Assembly: GCA_964016885.1 (NCBI GenBank)
Contig: OZ024743.1
Location: 237,274,001 to 237,338,000, forward strand
Length of the DNA: 64,000 bases
Direction: 5' to 3'
Source: Eledone cirrhosa
Taxonomy: Eukaryota
The notes beneath the pieces are model-generated. The model did not search any database and was not told where the DNA came from. It was given only the letters and a program-made list of their open reading frames with translations. The translations under genes were made by a program, and so were the position numbers. Of the stretch, positions 29,075 to 41,613 are shown piece by piece. Within the stretch, counting starts at the first letter, position 1. Each line of letters opens with the position of its first letter.

Positions 29075-30761
29075 GTTGATGATGATGGTGGTGGTGGTGG
29101 TGGTGGTGGTGGTGGTGGTGGCAGTGGTCGTGGTGGTGGTGGTGGTGGTGGTGATGGTGGTGGTGGTGGTGGTGGTCGTGGTGGTGGTGGTGGTTGTGGT
29201 GGTGGTGGTAGTGGTGGTGGTGGTGGTGGTGGTGGTGGTGGTGGTGGTGATGGTGGTGGTGGTGGTGGTGTTGGTGGTGTTGGTGGTGTTGGTGGTGGTA
29301 GTGGTAGTGGTGGTGGTGGTAGTGGTGGTGGTGGTAGTGGTAGTGTTGGTGGTGGTGGTGGTGGTGATGGTAGTGGTAGTGGTGGTGGTGGTGGTAGTGA
29401 TGGTGGTGGTGATGGTGGTCGTGGTGGTGGTCGTGGTGGTGGTGGTGGTGGTGGTGGTCATGGTGGTGGTGGTGATGGTGGTGGTGGTGGTGGTCGTGGT
29501 GGTGGTGGTAGTGGTGGTGGTGGTGGTGGTGGTGGTGGTGGTTGTGGTGGTGGTGGTAGTGGTGGTGGTGGTGGTGGTGGTGGTGGTGGTAGTGGTGGTG
29601 GTGATGGTGGTGGTGGTGGTGGTGTTGGTGGTGGTAGTGGTAGTGGTGGTGATGGTAGTGGTGGTGGTGGTAGTGGTAGTGTTGGTGGTGGTGGTGGTGG
29701 TGATGGTAGTGGTAGTGGTGGTGGTGGTGGTAGTGATGGTGGTGGTGATGGTGGTCGTGGTGGTGGTCGTGGTCGTGGTCGTGGTGGTGGTGGTGGTCAT
29801 GGTGGTGGTGGTGATGGTGGTGGTGGTGGTGGTGGTGGTGGTGGTGGTGTTGGTGGTGTTGGTGGTGGTGGTGGTGTTGGTGGTGGTAGTGGTAGTGGTG
29901 GTGGTGGTCGTGGTCGTGGTGGTGGTCGTGGTCGTGGTCGTGGTGGTGGTGGTCGTGGTGGTCATGGTGGTGGTGGTGATGGTGGTGGTGGTGGTGGTGG
30001 TGGTGGTCGTGGTAGTGGTGGTGGTGATGGTGGTGGTGGTGGTGGTGGTCGTGGTAGTGGTGGTGGTGATGGTGGCGGTGGTGGTGGTGTTGGTGGTGGT
30101 GGTGGTGTTGGTGGTGGTAGTGGTAGTGGTGGTGGTGGTAGTGGTGGTGGTGGTAGTGGTAGTGTTGGTGGTGGTGGTGGTGGTGATGGTAGTGGTAGTG
30201 GTGGTGGTGGTGGTGGTGGTGATGGTAGTGGTAGTGGTGGTGGTAGTGGTGGTGGTAGTGATGGTGGTGGTGATAGGGGTGGTGATGGTGGTAGTGGTGG
30301 TGATGATGGTGGTGATGATGGTGGTGATGGTGGTGGTGGTGGTGTTGATGGTGATGGTGGTAGTGGTGGTGATGATGGTGGTGGTAGCAGTCATGGTGAT
30401 GATGGAGGTGGTGGTGGTAATGGTGATGGTGGTAGTGGTGGTGGTGATGGTGATGATGGTGGTGGTGGTGGTGGTAATGGTGGTGGTGGTGGTAATGGTG
30501 GTGGTGGTGGTGATGGTGGTGATGGTGGTGGTGGTGGTGATGGTGGTGGTGGTGGAGGTGTTGATGGTGATGGTGGTAATGGTGGTGGTGGTGATGATGG
30601 TGGTGGTGGTAATGGTGGTGGTGGTGGTGATGGTGGTGGTGATGGTGGTGGTGTTGATGGTGATGGTGGTGGTGGTTGTGGTGGTAGCAGTGATGGTGAT
30701 GGTGGTAGTGGATGCGGCAGTGAAGTTAATGGTGGAGGCGGAGGTGGAGTAGTAGTATGTA

Positions 30762-30796
<35 letters not shown>

Positions 30797-30912
30797 ATAG
30801 TAGTAGTAGTAGTAGTAGTAGTAGCAGCAGCAGCAGTAGTAGTAGAAGTAGCAGCAGCAGCAACAGCAGTAGTAGTAGTAGTAGCACAAGCAGCAGCAGT
30901 AGTAGTAGAAGT

Positions 30913-30962
<50 letters not shown>

Positions 30963-31105
30963 CAGCAGCAGCAGCAGCAACACCGCCACAATCACAACAA
31001 CAACAACAACAACCACCACAACAACCACAACAACCATAACAACCACAACAACAACCACAACAACAACCACAACAACAACCACAACCACAACAACAACAAC
31101 ACAAC
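29075..31105. repeat. 2-kb compound trinucleotide tract (GGT, AGT/AGC, ACA) filling intron 3
   Basis: direct reading; lies between exons 4 and 3. Confidence 0.95.
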
Positions 31106-31118
31106 AGAAGAAACTTAC

Positions 31119-31270
31119 TTTGCCCGTCATTGGTAGACTCTGGTGAAATGTCCAGTTGTGTTTGTTTGTCAGTTTTACCAATTTGTAGCAAATATCGAGG
31201 GCTTTCAGGTAACCAGAGAAATCCTAGAAACTGGAACACTGATGGGATCACAGCAAACCCCATCAAATAG
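31119..31270 (-). CDS. SLC2A13: SLC2A13-like exon 3
   Basis: acceptor ctatttctag|; YLMGFAVIPSVFQFLGFLWLPESPRYLL (PESPR motif); donor A|GTAAGT; 152 nt. Confidence 0.92.
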
Positions 31271-31485
31271 CTAGAAATAGAGGGAGAATTGAGGGTTGAG
31301 GGATCTGTGTCACTTTGGCCAAATATAGTCATCAGCATCATTGTCATCAGCAATATCATTATTGTTGTCACCTTCATTATTGTCATCATAGTCATCATCA
31401 TAGCCATCATCATCATCATCATCATAATCATCATCATAATCATCATCATAGCCATCATCATCATCATCATCATAATCATCATAGC

Positions 31486-31530
<45 letters not shown>

Positions 31531-31723
31531 AATCATCATCATCATTGGCATCATCACCATCACCATCATCAACACCATCATCATCATCATCATGATTGAT
31601 ATCATCATCATCACCACTACTATCATAATCACCATCTCCAGCTTCACTGCTATCATTGTTGGTATGGTGGTGGTGGTATGGTGGTGGTGGTGGTGGTGGT
31701 AATGATAATGTTACACATGTATG

Positions 31724-33190
31724 GGCATAAAACTGATGGATCAAGTTATGAAAATGATAGAAAGAATGCTAGCACAACTAATTAGAGAAAGGGTCAAATT
31801 AGATGAGGTGCTGTTTGGTTTTGTGCCTGAGAAAAGTACAACAGATGCCCTCTTCTTAGTGAGACAACTACAAGAGAGATCTTAGAGAAGAATACACCAC
31901 TATACTTAGCTTTTGTTGACCTAGAGAAGGCCTTTGATAGGGTACCTCGATCTGTCATCTGGTGGTCCCTAAGGAAACTAGGTGTAGAGGAATGGCTTGT
32001 GAGGACAGTGCAAGCTATGTACAGAGGTACTGTCAGTAAAGTGAGAGTAGGAATGGAGTTTAGTGAAGAATTCCAGATACAAGTAAGAGTGCATCAGGGT
32101 TCGGTCCTCAGCCCACTCTTGTTCCTTATAGTTATCCATGCCATAACAGAGGAGTTTAAGACTGGATGCCCATGGGAACTTCTCTATGCTGACAATCTGG
32201 TACTTATAGCAGAATCAGTAGAGAAGCTAGAGAATAAATTCTGGCTATGGAAACAGCAGTTGGAAGCAAGAGGACTGAGAGTGAACCCAACTGAGACTAA
32301 AGTGTTGATAAGTAGGAAAGAGGACAAAACTCTGATTCCATCAGGGAAATGACCATGTTCAATATGTAGGAAAGGAGTTGGCATAAATTCTATAAAATGT
32401 ACAGAATGCAGATCTTGGGTACACAAGAGATGTAGTGGAATAGCAGGCAACCTAACAGGTAGAGAAAACTACATATGCAGTAGATGTTCAGGGAAATTTG
32501 ATAGTAGAAGTGGCAGTGATAGACACACTTTTCAAATGCAGGTAGGTTCTATAGAGGTGGTTGTTAGCTTCCGATACCTAGGTGATCAGATTAACAAGGG
32601 AGGAGGGTGCTCCGAGGCCATAGTATCTAGAATAAGGACGGGTTGGAAGAAGTTTAGGGAGCTGCTTCCGCTGTTGACAAAGAAGAGTTTCTTCCTACGA
32701 ATGATAGGCCGGTTATATGATGATTGTGTGAGATGCGCAATGATGCTGCATGGTAGTGAGATATGGGCAGCAACTGTGGAGGATATGCGACGGCTAGAGA
32801 GAAATGAAGCAAGCCTGTTCCGATGGATGTGCAATGTCAATATGCGTGAACAACCAAGCATGGACGAGTTGAGAGAGAAACTGTGTATAAGAGGGATAAA
32901 CTGTTGTGTGTGGGAGAGGAGATTGCGATGGAATGGACATGTGATGAGCATGAAGGATGACCGCTGGGTAAAGAAGTGTCAAGAAATCCCGGTGGAAGGA
33001 AGAAATAGTAGAGGAAGATCACGAAAAACATGGGCAGTGGTGGTGAGAGATGACCTTAGATCGCTGAAGCTCACAGAGAAGATGACGAAGGACTGTGACA
33101 AGTGGAGAGATGCTGTGCTGAAAAGGACCAGTCCCACCCTTGCAAGCAAGGAAAAGTGGACGTAAAATGATGTTGGTGATAATGATGATG
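31724..33190 (+). mobile_element. RTE-clade LINE, 5'-truncated, decayed, with TSD
   Basis: AFVDLEKAFDRVP, VHQGSVLSPLLF, Cys finger, RWMCNV; (GAT)n-like tail; TSD ttacacat(g/a)tatg at 31711-31723 and 33191-33203. Confidence 0.9.
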
Positions 33191-33233
33191 TTACACATAT
33201 ATGATAGGAAGATTATCGATTGCCCGAACTTAC

Positions 33234-33393
33234 CGCCAACTTTCATGTTTCACATAGCTGAAGGCTGCAGCTGAAAGAATAGAGAACAATTGACCAAACA
33301 ATAATGCTGCTTGGTTAAGCATCATGACATAACCTCTTTGATTTGGAGAACTGTTTTCAGCCAAATAGACTGGCACCACCACTGATGACAGAC
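33234..33393 (-). CDS. SLC2A13: SLC2A13-like exon 2
   Basis: acceptor cttacctgcag|; GLSSVVVPVYLAENSSPNQRGYVMMLNQ...ESWR; donor CG|GTAAGT; 160 nt. Confidence 0.93.
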
Positions 33394-33473
33394 CTGCAGG
33401 TAAGAAAAGCTGACAGTTAAAATAATCTAAGTACAACAACAAATAAAAAATATTAGTCACAGCCACTCCTAAC

Positions 33474-33962
33474 TTAACCCTTTAATATCTAAACCAGCCA
33501 TATCTGGCCAGAATTGTCTCACTTCTTTCTGTTCACACAGATCACAACTGGCCGCTCATTCCAACATTAGTGTATTGTTCTCAAAATAAATATCAAAATC
33601 TCATAGATTCAATATTATGTGAGATAATTATGAGATGTAAAGCCTTTTATGTGAAAATACAATAGTAAATATAGAGTAATGTGAATGCTAAAGGGTTAAC
33701 CCTTTAGTTACCAACCCTACCAAAACCAGCTCCGGTTTTATGTAAATAAAGCCACCCATTTTAAAGGTTTCCAATTTAAATTAAAATCTTCCAACATAAT
33801 TTTATATAAGAACCTTACATTAAGTTACTATATTAGTAATGGGCTATAACTATGCTGTAAATCATGTAGTCTGATGCTCAACGGATATTGCCAATCCACA
33901 TTAATTAAGTCCCTCCAAATTCTTCATGAACTAATTAAAAATACAAGCAATGAAGGGGTTAA
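33474..33962. mobile_element. two adjacent TTAA-flanked piggyBac-like MITEs sharing one TTAA
   Basis: ttaa-ccct...aggg-ttaa(33696-99)-ccct...gggg-ttaa. Confidence 0.6.
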
Positions 33963-34016
33963 GACAGTGTTTCCATTAGACATTTCTTCATTCCAATAAT
34001 TAATTTATTACAATAA

Positions 34017-34890
34017 TCTATATATTAATACGGTTGTACCGTACGTCCAACCGTGTGTGTCACACTTTCAGTAATATAAATAAAAGTCGAATGGCGTCCG
34101 TGAGACATGCTAAAACAATGGAAGTGGGGTAGTAAACAATCTATGACAATCTACGGCAAAAGAAAATCAAAGAGTGTTGAAAGGAGAGGGAGGGGGGTTA
34201 TAATATATTTAGAGAGGGGATTATACTATATTTAAAGAGAGGGGGTTATAATATAGAGAAAGGGATGGGTTATTATATATATAGAGAAAGGGGGTTATAA
34301 TATATATAGAGAGAGTGGGTTATACTATATTTAAAGAGAAGGGGTTAAAATATAGAGAGAGGGATGGGTTATAATATATAGAGAGAGGGGGGTTATAATA
34401 TATAGAGAGGGGGGGTTAATATATTTAGAGAGAGGGGTGTTATAATATAGAGAAAGGGATGGATTATATATATAGAGAGAGGGGGTTATAATATATATAG
34501 AGAGAGAGGGGGTTATACTATATTTAAAGAGGGGGTTATAATATAGAGAAAGGGATGGGTTACAATATAGAGAGAGAGGGGGGTTATAATATATAGAGAG
34601 GGGGGTTTAATATATTTAGAGAGAGGGTTATAATATAGAGAGAGGGGCTTATAATATAGAGAGGGGGGTTATAATATAGAGAAAGGAGGGTTAAAATATA
34701 TATAGAGAGAAGGGGTTAAATATATATATAGAGAGAGAGGGTGTTATAATATATAGAGAGGGTGGTTTTAATAGAGAAAGGGATGGGTTTATATATAGAG
34801 AGAGTGGGGGGGGGTTTAATATATTTAGACAGAGGGGGTTATAATATAGAGAGAGGGGTTATCTGTGAATTTTTTCATGGGTCCAGCTAG
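34017..34890 (+). mobile_element. non-autonomous Helitron-like element with internal GA/TA-rich tandem repeats
   Basis: 5' tctatatattaata, 3' ...gggtccagCTAG|t. Confidence 0.5.
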
Positions 34891-36386
34891 TGATAATTAA
34901 TTTACTACAACAATGATATTTGATAACATTTCATTTTATCGACTGTCCCCTTTCTTTCAACTTACATTGTTAAACCAAACTGTCAGATAAACCAAACTGT
35001 CAGATAATACTGACAACATCCATGTAGAGTTTTAAAAGTTCCAATTATGTTGGTCATTTTATATTTCCCCCCAAAAGAGATCAATACTGGATATTTGACA
35101 GTTGACATTTAACCATTGACATTTGATAGTTGACATTTAACCATTGACATTTGATAGTTGCTAGTTGACAGCTGATAGTTGACAGTTGACAGCTGATAGT
35201 TGACATTTGATAGTTGACAGCTGATAATTGACAGTTGGCAATTGATAATTGACATTTGATACAAACCATATATTAAGTTACTATCTTAATAATTGTTTCT
35301 ACCTTTGGCACAAAGTCAGCAATTACCCAGTACATTACTGGTACTTTATTTTATCGACCCCATAAGGATGAAAGGCAATCTTAATAATGGTTTCTGATTT
35401 AGGCACAAGGCCAACAATTTTAGTGGGGTGGGAAACGTCGATTAAATCAACCCGTGCATTATTGGTACTTAATTGGTACCCCGTAAGGATGAAAGTGAAA
35501 GCTAACCACAGTGGGATTTGAACTCAGAACATTAGAATGTCATAACTAAATAATACAAAGTTTTGGCTGGCACTCTACTGATTCTTTAATTAATTGGAAT
35601 ACAACATTGAAAATTCAATCATAAAAGGGTTAAGAAAAATATTTCAGCATCGTTTGTAGTTATCTCTAAGTATCATGTACAAACACTGACAGACAGATGA
35701 GATGAGATGAGATGTAGTTATCTAACACTGACAGATGAGATGAGATGAGATGTAGTTATCTAATACTGACAGATGAGGTGAGATGTAGTTATCTAACACT
35801 GACAGATGAGATGAGATGTAGTTATCTAACACTGACAGATGAGATATAATTTAAATTGAACTTTGGTTTGAGAGTAATCTTACGATAGAATATCTCAAGC
35901 AAGAAGAGTTATTGTGACCTCATCACGTGACATCAATGTGATTTGTGATTGGCTGGTTCACAGTTTCATATCATGACCTCATCAGAACAACTGAACTTTT
36001 TGGCGGGTGGGCCAACACCTGACATTTGTATAAGAAATGGAAATATACATAAATTGATACAATAATACTTGCTTAGAGAGAGTCGAGGAGGGGGTAGAGG
36101 ACGAGGAGGAGGAGGGGGGGGGGAGAAGAAGAAGAAGAAGAAGAAGAAGAAGAAGAAGAAGAAGAAGAAGAAGAAGAAGAAGAAGAAGAATCGATCCGAC
36201 TATGGAACTGGTACTTTATTTTACAGATCCCTTGAAATTATGAAAGGCAAAGTTGGTATCAGTGAGATTTGCAGAAGGTCAGGAAGAATACCCCAAACTA
36301 TCTGACTTTCTAATGTCTCTGCCAAGTTGTAGAGTTTACGACCCTTATATAAAGGTTCCTAGTTTTACCAAACAAAATGTACTTAC

Positions 36387-36843
36387 CAAATGCAAGGCTG
36401 ACAAAGATCCTGCCAGGTAGAGTATGATATACTCCAACCGTCTGGAGAATGGAGCCGATGATGTGAAGGACACCCGATGTTAAAATGGTTTTCTTTCGTC
36501 CAATATTATCGGAGAGTTGACCACACAAGACGGAACCAAACATAGCTGCACCGCTGGTAACACCAACCAAAAGTTCTTTCCAGTATGTTGACTTGGGAAA
36601 ATCTTTCTTTAGCAAGAGGAAACCCGACACAGCCAGCATCTGGTATCCCATCAGGAATGAATAACTGAGACTGCAGAACAACATTGCATAAAATCTCAGA
36701 GTTAATTTACTTTCGTATATTTCCACTTTGGAACAATCATCCACTGGCTTTTCAAACTCCAGTGATTTCCGATCCATGCCCAAAGAATCTAGAATCATTT
36801 CGTTTTCAGATGAAGACGGAGACATTTCCTCAACAGGTGGCAT
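36387..36843 (-). CDS. SLC2A13: SLC2A13/HMIT-like sugar porter (MFS), coding exon 1 of 9
   Basis: ATG at 36843; MPPVEE...SFLMGYQMLAVSG (TM1)...GQLSDNIGRKKTIL (sugar-porter motif A)...GRIFVSLAFG; donor G|GTAAGT; 457 nt, ends phase 1. Symbol reflects family resemblance; may be a divergent paralog. Confidence 0.9.
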
Positions 36844-37074
36844 GGTGTTGTTTGTAATTACCGAGTTAGATGTCTCGTCGGCGTTTTTATAGTTGGTTTT
36901 TGTTATGTAAGTCGCTGCTCAAGCTGTTTATGGAGAACTGAAAAGAAACGTAAATAAACTCATAGTTTGACTAATCATAGATGTGGAAACTGTAGATAAA
37001 GAGAGCGAGAAGGTGAGGGGGTGAGGAGCAGAGAGAAAGTGGTGGGGTGAGTGAGAGGAGATAGAGTGAGAGAG

Positions 37075-37340
37075 TGGGGGTGAGAAACAAATAAGAGTGC
37101 AGGGAGGGGGAGACATAGAGAGGGGAAGGGGGTGAGAAACAAATAAGAGTGCAGGGAGGGGGAGACATAGAGAGGGGAAGGGGGTGAGAAACAAATAAGA
37201 GTGCAGGGAGGGGGAGACATAGAGAGGGGGTGAGAAACAAATAAGAGTGCAGGGAGGGGGAGACATAGAGAGAGGAAGGGGTGAGAAACAAATAAGAGCG
37301 CAGGGAGGGGGAGACATAGAGAGGGGGGTGAGAAACAAAG
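37075..37340. repeat. ~50-bp G-rich tandem repeat 230-500 bp upstream of the start codon
   Basis: ggggtgagaaacaaataagagtgcagggagggggagacatagagagg x5. Confidence 0.9.
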
Positions 37341-37524
37341 AAAAACGCCAGGTGGAGGAGACAGAGAGAGGGGGGCATAAAAGGAGGAAGGGAAGAAAAG
37401 AGTGGGATGAGGGGTGTTAAAACAAAAACCAACCAAAATAAATGTTATACCCTCACACACAAAATACATAACTAGCGACCCCCAGGTCTCGAATAATCGC
37501 CAGACCTCTTCCGTTTATTAAATC

Positions 37525-37739
37525 TTACTAATCTATCTCCGGTGAAACTTTATGTTAAGTGGTAGCATTCCTGTGACAATTCAAGTTCTTTAGATATTAA
37601 AAAACATGTATATATGTTTATGGGATTTCTAGTAATGTACTTTTTTGTTATGTTCAATGTTTTTTAATATCTAAAGAAATTGAATTGTTGCAGGAATGCT
37701 ACCACTTAACATAAAATTTCACCGGAAATAGATTAGTAA
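37525..37739. repeat. fold-back element, ~85-bp arms
   Basis: ttactaatctat...aaaaaacat and its reverse complement; no hammerhead seen. Confidence 0.8.
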
Positions 37740-37744
37740 CATTG

Positions 37745-38337
37745 TAGTTCCTGTTTGTTTGTTCCCGAACTCCTCCTATGGTTTTGGAGATAGACCCCCC
37801 ACAACCATATATATCCTGAAACTACATTACCCAAGGTACTTGGATAAGTATATTTTATTTTAATCAAAGGGTTCCCCGGGAGCACAAACCCCCGCTGAAA
37901 GTTTTTTCCCTTCGATTTATATGAAATTTAAACCATAGGTAAATGACAAGATATGATGCCTATTCACAAAATGTCAGCAAATTTCAATAATATTAAGACA
38001 CCCTAATGGGGGTTAAACCCCCTATAGTGAAAATTTTGGAAGCCCATAACTTGAGTATTGGAACTTCTATTATCACGGGCTTTTTCTATTAATTAAACGT
38101 AAATCAACAAAAACAGCACCTTTCTTTTATAGTAAAATTTGGCTAGTTTAGACATTTTATCTATGGCAAAACATCTCTAGAATTATGACAACAAAAATTA
38201 TTAGTTAATGCCTCTACTTTTTTTAGCATTTTCCCTTTATTTTTTTCTCCATAAATTATATCACTGATTTAAAATCAATCATCATTTTCTTACAAAAAAA
38301 TGTGTGAAACGCAGGAAGACGCGGGTAATTCTGCTAG
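37745..38337 (+). mobile_element. non-autonomous Helitron-like element
   Basis: (gttt)n near the 5' end; 3' GC hairpin, then CTAG|t. Confidence 0.45.
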
Positions 38338-38925
38338 TATGTTATAAAATAAATAGGATGGGTTGGGGTAAACTAAACGACTAATTCTGGATCATCAAGC
38401 GAGAATGGTTGGTTTTGCCTGTAAAATCTGTCCAGCGATTCTTTCTTTAATTCACAAAATTGAAGGCGGTGCTCTAACATGACTGCTGTCTCTTGACTAA
38501 AAACATTTCTAAAAATTAGAACTTAAAAAATATTTTATATTTAAGTTTACAATATTAGGTAATATTGTAAACACAATGAATTGTTTCTCACCTTCAAGAC
38601 TCCCACCCAATATATAAACTATTGCTCCATCTTGTGAGTTGGGAAACCTATGTTTAGAATTACATATCTTCTCATATTTAAGAGACCACGCCAATGGTTA
38701 TTTTTTGGAATTTGTGACCTGTTGTTGTTGTTGTTGTTGTTGTTGTTATCGTTACAGCTCATATCTCAGGAGGTTGGAAGGATTTCTGAATTGGGTGGTG
38801 GTGCAAATTGAGTCAATTTAGTTGTAATGATTAGTTTAGCTCTTTGCACTCTAAAAAGGTCATAAAATGCAATTTGACTCCAAGCAGTTATCAAATATCA
38901 ACCAAGGTTAACATAATATATTACA

Positions 38926-40889
38926 CTTTAGCAGGGTAGTAAAATGATTGGTCGTGAGTTGACAGTATGGTAAAATGATAGTATCCTCGTTGGATTAAAT
39001 ATCGATATAGACGTGAGGGAAGGTCCTTCGCCTATTTACCATCTTTGTATTTACAATATTCCTTTCGTCAGGTCACCAATTCCAGCAGCATGGATTATAG
39101 ATGTTATTGAGACACGAGTAACATAATAATGATTTCAACAGCAGAAATTAGAGATGAAATGTATGTTTATTTTTAATGTAGCACAAACAATGTTTGTTAA
39201 CTTATAAAAAGAGGTTACAAAAGGGAATGTGCCATTGCGCCGGAAAGCCGGCGAGGCTAGGGTGCAAAATTTCACCGTTACATTATGCGTGTTGCTGGTT
39301 CGAAGTTCCCGGTACAAGAGAAAGATTCTTCAAATCTTCGCAGGGAATTTCTTCCTCGGGGCGCGTAGGGATACATCCTCTTCTACTGGCGCTGATTGGC
39401 TGAACTGAGCCAAATCACGCACAGAGAATGTATGTGAGCCCGCGGAATGTAGGTCACTACAATACCTCCGAGCAGATTTTTAGCCGAAAATCGTAAACGA
39501 AGAAGCCAAGGACCCACAAGGAAGTCGATACAGATTATTGAATCAGCAAGAACAAATGCTGAAAGAGCACATCAGTTTAAAAAAATAATTGGGCAGAAGG
39601 CTGTATGCAAGAAAAAAAATGAGGCGCTACGGGCCGTGTTGAACCGCTGTGTCAAATGACCAGCCGTTTTGTTGTTTATACGTGACCAGTAAAGGTCTAA
39701 CAAAAACGGATAGAGTCTGACATGGGCGAAGTTGCTGTTCTTGCATTAAATGTTAATGGTAAGTGTTGCACCAGTAGCTGTGGACGAAGCTATTATGGTA
39801 GTTTACCAGTTCTGGCAAGAAGATGATGGGTAGGCGAGAAAATGTTGGCCTCCCAGATGTATTGCCGAATGTGCTAGGGAGCCATGAAAAAAAATGGCTG
39901 GTTGCTTTGAAAAGAAAAAAAGCAAGTTTAATCTGTAGGTGGGTTGCAGTGTAAATTCCATAATTCGGGCGAATCCACAGAAGTGGTAGAAATGCTGACA
40001 AGTCCAGTTCAATTTGCCGTTTTCCCAGCGAGTCGGGCAAAAACAGCAAGACGAAGGCCGTCATGGACGATCAGTGTGCAACGAGATGCAAAACTGTTTG
40101 AGCTCAGCTGCAATTAGTATTCTCGTGTTGCGGTGCCTGTTTGAATCCAAGTGGATTAAGCTCTGTGAGCTGCTAGCATGTGACAGCATCTCAACCAGGT
40201 GAAAAGGGACTCGCAGAATATTATGTTTGAAGAACATATACCAAGAACAACATGTTGGTGTGTGACAAAAAAATGTGTGCATATGCAGGCATGTAAAACA
40301 GCAAAGTATGTGAATGAACAAAAACCATCAGCAAGCAAATGGCAAATGAGCACAAAACAAGTAAATGCATTCTACAAAGAAATATGTGAATGTAACAAAC
40401 TGATAATTCAATGTCAATCTAAGGGAGCAGAGAAATCGCTCAATGAAAAGTTCAAAGTTTTTCAAAGTCAAATAGTTCACACGTCACCAGTGTACAGACT
40501 TTCTGACACTAGTTCTATCCGAAAACTGAAAAAGAAGTTTGTTAATGCCGTTAGGGGTTAGATGTATGGTGTTTTTGAGAGTTTTCGTGGCCATTTTACC
40601 GTCCTGCCACCTTGTGTGACATAAGGTTGTGTTGCTTGTTGTTAAAGCAAAGTCAATGAATCTTCTGTAGAGTAGCAGTTACCAACATGGCAGCCACGTC
40701 TGACGCCATAATGGTGAGAAAACTACTATCTCAATTTCTCGAGTCCCTGTGGTAACGAGACAGAAGGTATTGTGGTTGCGTCGGTAAAGTTACAAGCCGT
40801 TTTGAAATTTCCGATGTGTGGTGGTTTGCGTCGGTAAGGCTATGAAGCTGCCATCTCACCATTCCCTGTCGTTGGTCAGTGGCTAAACA

Positions 40890-40925
<36 letters not shown>

Positions 40926-41613
40926 TCGTTGTTGTTGTCGAGTGTAGCCAGGACTTGTCGGTAGCCATCTTGAAATTTCCTCGTGGCGAAAAGTTTTTGA
41001 AATACTGCTAATTTTTCAAAAAAATTTTGAAAGGAATATATTGTATTTTCGCAAGTTGCGAAAAGGCCGGCAACGCAGCAATAAAAGTTCAACTGTATAA
41101 AAAAGAAGGCTGCGCTAAATTCTTACGTCGGTCACCACTTTAGCAGTGTAGCAGTATGAATGGTCGTGAGTTGACAGTGTGGTAAAATGATAGTATCCTC
41201 GTTGGATTAAATATCGATATAGACGTGAGGGAAGGTCCCTCGCCTATTTACCATCTTTGTATTTACAATATTCCTTTCGTCAGGTCGCCAATTCCAGCAG
41301 CATGGATTATAGATGTTATTGAGACACGAGTAACATAATAATGATTTCAACAGCAGAAATTATTATTATGTTTCTCGTGTCTCAATAACATCTATAATCC
41401 ATGCTGCTGGAATTGGCGACCTGACGAAAGGAATATTGTAAATACAAAGATGGTAAATAGGCGAGGGACCTTCCCTCACATCTATATCGATATTTAATCC
41501 AACGAGGATACTATCACTTTACCACACTGTGACCACTGGCCACAGCTACACTGGACACTGCCACACTAACGACCTTCATTCATCTACCCTGCTAAAGTGG
41601 TGACCCCGACGTG
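38926..41613 (-). mobile_element. non-autonomous Gypsy-like LTR element: full 3' LTR (39461->38926), truncated 5' LTR (41362->41138), PBS, plus inverted LTR end + PBS (41362-41613 +)
   Basis: ~225-bp direct repeat; TGTAG LTR start after weak PPT ggaggtat; PBS tggtgacc(cc)gacgt complementary to the eukaryotic tRNA-Trp 3' end; U5-like motif shared with the solo LTR at 54348. Confidence 0.72.

Noticed and set aside
29021-31656. 672-aa Gly-rich, 643-aa Thr-rich, 559-aa Val-rich and 421-aa ORFs
   Set aside because: Translations of intronic trinucleotide repeats, open in several frames; only the 152-nt exon 3 inside them is supported.
40199-40561. 120-aa ORF inside the LTR element
   Set aside because: Antisense to the element, non-ATG start, no recognisable gag/pol motif.
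41421-41500. Hammerhead in the LTR (CTGACGAAAGG)
   Set aside because: No stem II plus GAAA plus cleavage-triplet arrangement found.
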